64,000 nucleotides of DNA. It comes from Anthoceros angustus. Its lineage: Eukaryota > Plantae > Anthocerotophyta. The notes beneath the pieces are model-generated. The model did not search any database and had not been told where the DNA came from. It worked only from the letters and a program-made list of their open reading frames with translations. Numbering within the stretch: the first letter of the stretch is position 1; each line of letters begins with the position of its first letter. A program made the position numbers and the translations under genes. Shown one piece after another: positions 59,314 through 64,000 of this stretch. The stretch covers positions 1,612,001 to 1,676,000 of the forward strand of contig MU008160.1 of NCBI GenBank assembly GCA_010909165.1. The letters are read 5' to 3'.

Positions 59314-62275
59314 ATGAATCTCGGGCTGCTAGGTGCGTTGAGAGCTGGATGTTTGTGTAGGTTTTCGCGCAGCGCCGGATGCTGAGCTGATGGTTTGCAT
59401 CTGTTGTGTTTCAGACCCGTTTGACACCGATTATCCGGAGAGGATAGAAGAGTACCTGGAGTATAAGGTGACCAAGTGTATAGCGTTCAATCGGCGGGGC
59501 ACGATTCTCGCAGGAGGCTGCATAGATGGAAGCATTGTGCTTTGGGACCTGGCCACCAGGAGTGTTAACAAGGAACTCTGCAACCTGGATTGCCGAGCAC
59601 CTATCACAAGTTTGAGCTGGTCCAAGTGTGGACGTCGGCTCTTATCAGCTGATACTGAACGGTCTCTCACCCTGTGGGATGTGCAAGCTGGGGAAAAGCT
59701 CGCCTACAAGAAACTCAATCAGACAGCCCTGTATGCTCGGCTGCATCCTGGCACCAAGGATCCTTCTGTGTGTTTGGTTTGTCCGGTTTCCAGTGCCCCG
59801 CTGCTTGTGGACTTCGAAACCGGGGACTCCCATGTACTCCCGCTCCAGGCTTCTTCCTCCGGCGCGGATGTGAAGCAGATTGCGCGTGGGAAGCAGGGGG
59901 ATCTGGGCAGCTATGCGTCCTCTGCTGCTAGCTTTAATAAGAGGGGGGACCTCATCTACGTAGGGAATTCGAGAGGGGAGATACTCATCGTGGACACCAA
60001 GGAACGGGAGATTCGTGCAGTTGTGGAGACACCTGTAGGGCAGGTGATTAAGCAGGTTGTTTTCAGCAGGGATGGCCAGTATTTGCTCACCAACTCCGGG
60101 GACAAGACTATTCGGATATTTGTAAGCCTTTTGCCCGTGAATGGGGCAGCCTCTGTGCTGGAAGAGTTGGGTGGAGGGGCAGAGGCTGACCTGGAGACGT
60201 TGAAGGAGAGGGGAACCAAGTGTCTGACCTTCAAGAGGAGTTTTAAGGATGCTATCAATCCTGCGCAATGGAAGGCACCTTGTTTTAGTGGGGACAGTGA
60301 GTCAGTTGTGGCGGCATCGGCCAATAAAGGAGAGCATAAAATGACTATCTGGAACAGGGAGTTTGGGCAGATTATGAGAGTGTTGGATGGGCCTAAGGAG
60401 GGCCTTGTGGATCTTGCATGGCACCCGATACGTCCGCTTCTTGCTTCTGTCACCATGGCCGGCCTCGTGTATTTGTGGGCTAGAGACTACACGGAGAGCT
60501 GGAGTGCCTTTGCTCCAGACTTTAAGGAGTTGCAGGAAAACGAAGAGTATTGTGAGAGGGAAGATGAGTTTGACCTGATGCCTCCAGAACCCGAGAAGGC
60601 CAACTCATGGGGGGAGGTGGATGAGGATGTGGACATCATGACTGTTGATAGAGTTCCAGCGTACAGTGATTCGGATGACTCTGAGGATGGGTTGTATTAC
60701 TTACCAACGAAACCTGAGGGGGATGTGCCTGTGGAGGTGGATGTTCAACAGCCCACATCTCCAAAAGTTAATGGCAGGAGTACTTCGGACTCAGGGGGCT
60801 CGCCTCTTTCTGCTGCTGATCAGAAGCCAATCGGAGAAGTGGATGGGGACACGGGTACAGAAGCTGACATGGAAGTAGACGAGCCAGACCCGAGTTCCTC
60901 TCACTTGGGCGACTCCCCCATGGGTGAGACTTTAGGTTTCATGAGGGCCGACGCTGATCCAAAGTCTGGTGGCAGGTATTGCATGATTGTGATTCATCCT
61001 GAGAGATAACGTATCTCTGTTGTCTGGTTTCTTGCAGAGGAAGAGATAGGTCCAAATGGGCGCACAAAGCGGAAGCGAAAAATTCCTGAAAAAGCAGCAG
61101 AGTTTCAGGCTGAGATGGACCGAAAGAGTCAGAAAAAGGTCAACTCTGTTACAACCCCGAGGCCCAAGACAGACGCCAAGGTCAGTCCAACTGCTGTGAG
61201 TAAGGGGGCTGCTGATGCTGAGGAAGAATCGGAGTCTGGGGGGGGGCGGAAATCTCAGAAACTGAGCAGTTCATCTACACCATCAGCGAAGGCGGAGTCA
61301 AAGGATTTCTCTGGCTCCCTGAAGGAGGCCGCATCCGGTGATGATGACTCTGACTTTCAGGATGAGCAGGTGAGAAGAGTTCACCAGAAAAGCATGTGTG
61401 AAGTTACTCTCAAGACTGCTAACAGTACAAAATCTCCTCTTCCGGCCAAGACAAAAAGTTTGAGACCGGGTGCTGTCTCAAAGCCAAGTGGTAGTGCTAC
61501 CAAGCCTTTGAACTCTGTGAAACTTGGAGCGACTCCAAAGCCTGCAGGTGCTCTCAAGCCTGTCAGTGCAAAGTCTGCAGGTGCTCCAAAGACTCCAAGT
61601 GCTCCGAAGTCTTCAGGTGCCCAGAGGCCTCCAGGTGCTCTGAAGCCTGCAGCTACTCCAGGGCCAGCAGGCCTGCTGAGGCCTGCAAGTTCTCCAAAGC
61701 CTGCAGCTGGTCCGAAACCTGCAGCTACACTGAAGCCCGCAGCTGGTCTGAAGATTGGAGCTGGTTTGAAGTCTGGAGCTACTCCAAAGCCTGCAGCTGC
61801 TCCAAAGCCTGCAGGTACTCCGAGGCCTGCAGCTGCTGCAAAGCCTGCGGCGGCCCCAAAGTCTACAGGTGCAATGAAGCCAGCATCGGCTGCAAAGACT
61901 GCAGCTGCTCCAAAGTCTGCTCCAAAGCCTTCAAGTGCTCCCAAGCCTTCAGGTGCCCCAAGGCCAGCAGGTGTCTCTAAATCTCCTGCTGCGAATGCTA
62001 CGAGTACTGCTGTCAAGTCTGGTTCTGCTACGAAGATTGCCAGTGGTATGAAGACCGGAGCTGCGTCAAAGCCTGGTAATGCTTCAGCGGCTGGTATTGC
62101 TCCAAGGCCTGGTGCTTCTCCGAAAGTTACTGCGGGCTCCAGAAATATGGCTAATTCAAATGACGAAGATGACGACGCTCCGAAAAGGACTATCAGACTC
62201 AAATCTGTATCAGACTTTACCAGTGGTCAGCCTCCTCCTGCTCAAGCCTTTTATAGATCAGGAGTCATCAAGTAA
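59314..62275 (+). CDS. RBBP5: RBBP5/RBL (COMPASS WD40 subunit) with long Ala/Pro/Lys-rich C-terminal extension
   Basis: MNLGLL|DPFDTDYPERIEEYLE, CIAFNRRGTILAGGC, LAWHPIRP, WSAFAPDFKELQENEEYCEREDEFD, EDVDIMTVD, then GRTKRKRKIPEKAAEFQAE. Probable introns 59333-59414 and 60924-61037. Confidence 0.93.
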
Positions 62276-62992
62276 ACCACAAGTTACCTCGATGTTATGT
62301 GACACGAGAAGGTTTGCTCTGACGGATTTGAGCTAGGCTTGTCAACGGTTGGTGCCTCGCACCGTGCTGGTGGGGTTCCAAACTGTTTGTAAGATGATTC
62401 TGCTGTCACGGGTGGAAAGCCTTCTGCAGGGCAGCCACCCTTTCATGCATCAGGGAAATGGTGTACAAGTCACACGGGGCTGGAATTCGTCATGGGCAAA
62501 TCAAAACCAGCAGCGTAGTTTTTCTTGTGAAGACTTGTCAAGCAAGCTGTCATCCCCATCGGTTACAAGGTCAAGACTTTCTAGGACATGGCCACAATAT
62601 TCTTTTCGGGGCTTCAGCCAGCCGTACTCTGAAGGAATCTCTGCCCTGGTGATGGTGCTGTCTGGTTGACACAGTTCTGGGTACTTCCCATGGCGCACAA
62701 TCCCCCGCCCAAGTTTGCCATCAACGTTTGGAGGTTGAAATGATCAGTGAGAAGCGTTGCATCAGATAGCGCAAACTATTTTGTATACACGAGCTGGTGC
62801 TAGTGAGGGTTGTGCTGGATCCTCAACATGGAGATATCTTGCCGGTCCTACTCCTGCTCGTGTTTTGCTCCTCTTCACGTTTCAGGGATTCCTTGTCATG
62901 TGTCACGGTAAGTATTATAGGTATCTAGTTATGTCTACTTAAACCTAACTGTAAACAAAATTGTTTCGGTTTGGGTTCCGCGCCCCTCGGTT

Positions 62993-64000
62993 CTAGAATA
63001 TTTCCCCTCTCCGCGGCTGGCCGGACGGCGGTTGGTCCCAACGTGATTCGCTCATTAGTCGTCCCGAAGCAGGAGTGGGACTTGGCGCCACTTGATACAT
63101 AGTCGCATAGCCGATGCCTGCGTGGTGAGGGGACACCGAATCCCTTCTGAATCTCTTGGGATCGTCTTGCGTTTCCCTCTGCGTGTGGCTCCTCCTCGTC
63201 GGGGATGTCTTGGGATCGTCTTGCGTTTCCCTCCGCGTGTGGCTCCTCCTTGTTGGGGATGTCTTGGGATCGTCTTGCGTTTCCCTCCGCGTGTGGCTCC
63301 TCCTTGTCGGGGATGTCTTGGGATCGTCTTGCGTTTCCCTCCGCCTGTGGCTCCTCCTTGTCGGGGATGTCTTGGGATCGTCTTGCGTCTCGCTCCGCCT
63401 GTGGCTCCTCCTTGTCGGGGATGTCTTGGAATCGTCTTGCGTCTCGCTCCTCCTGTGGCTCCTTGTCGGGGATGGGCTTCCAGGTCTCTTCTTATGAGAA
63501 TGACGACTCGTTGGTCTCCGGCTGCTGTGCCGTGGCGTTTCCTGCTCCTTGCTCTTGCTGGGCGCAGACCACGAGATATCTACGCCCAGCTCTCCCATCG
63601 CCTTTTCTATGCGGATTTGCAAGTCCTTCGCAGCAAGGTCAGCCTGTCGTTGTGGATCGCTCGGCTGTGTCACCCACCTGTTTATGTTGTCCTGTGGGAT
63701 CTCCATCCATCTGGCCTGAAACTGGGAGCTTGCGCCCACACCGATGTTGAAGCCTTGGTTTGACTTGACTGAAGGAGACAAAATTGTTGTCCTCTGCCCG
63801 GTAGGGTTGGAATTCGAACCTGAATCACTGGGAACAGAGGTGCGTGTCGGGGTTGCAATCCTTGCATGGTGGATTTCTCTAGGGCCCACCCGGACCTCGT
63901 CCTGCCCTGCCTTGTCCACCTCGCCGGGTTTAGTGATTCCGCGGTCTTCAACCACCTGCATGACATTTCCACATTCTGCATCCTGGGGCTCTGCTGAAGT
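62993..64000 (-). CDS. 3' part of an unidentified ORF with an Arg/Ser-rich 18-aa repeat (open to the window edge)
   Basis: The frame is open from 64000 to the stop at 62993. No recognisable domain, so it could be a host gene or a transposon ORF. Confidence 0.45.
   Translation of the reverse strand, partial: TSAEPQDAECGNVMQVVEDRGITKPGEVDKAGQDEVRVGPREIHHARIATPTRTSVPSDSGSNSNPTGQRTTILSPSVKSNQGFNIGVGASSQFQARWMEIPQDNINRWVTQPSDPQRQADLAAKDLQIRIEKAMGELGVDISWSAPSKSKEQETPRHSSRRPTSRHSHKKRPGSPSPTRSHRRSETQDDSKTSPTRRSHRRSETQDDPKTSPTRRSHRRRETQDDPKTSPTRRSHTRRETQDDPKTSPTRRSHTRRETQDDPKTSPTRRSHTQRETQDDPKRFRRDSVSPHHAGIGYATMYQVAPSPTPASGRLMSESRWDQPPSGQPRRGEIF
63154..63474. repeat. 54-bp tandem repeat, 6 copies, in frame in the minus-strand ORF
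   Basis: Units start at 63154, 63208, 63262, 63316, 63370 and 63424, and encode SPTRRSH(R/T)RxETQDDPKT. Confidence 0.93.

Noticed and set aside
60976-61037. Apparent CAG|GTATTG donor for the last RBBP5 intron
   Set aside because: It would frameshift away from the conserved RKRKIPEKAAEFQAE segment. The phase-1 donor GTGAGA at 60924 fits better, though this is not proven without RNA data.
61381-62202. 273-aa Ala/Gly/Phe-rich minus-strand ORF
   Set aside because: It is the antisense shadow of the repetitive RBBP5 tail.

Overview
Eukaryotic nuclear DNA from a compact land-plant genome with short (about 70-180 nt) introns. It is probably a hornwort or another seed-free plant; this is inferred from intron size, PLS-class PPRs with long L-type motifs and an RLE-type retroelement, and is not proven. 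About a dozen intact housekeeping genes were reconstructed by manual splicing: OPT transporter, CYP65/PPIL2, PFK2-like, MSRA5-like, OTU7-like, an intronless phytepsin, an SDR, NOL7-like, PIG-T, SMC4 and RBBP5. They are interspersed with transposon-derived and tandem-repeat blocks. The standout is a non-TIR, non-LRR NLR-like gene (12723-18748). It has an unknown helical N-terminus, an NB-ARC domain and a TPR array in which seven repeats are each encoded by their own exactly 102-nt, phase-2/phase-2 exon. Other notable items are a 5'-truncated RLE-type (CRE/NeSL-like) retrotransposon whose (TTCAAGG)6 tail abuts the orphaned 3' half of an EMC10 gene, a copia element with two tandem LTR-like units in front of gag and none after pol, and an RBBP5 with a long histone-H1-like Ala/Pro/Lys tail. 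All family assignments come from recalled motifs; no database searches were run.
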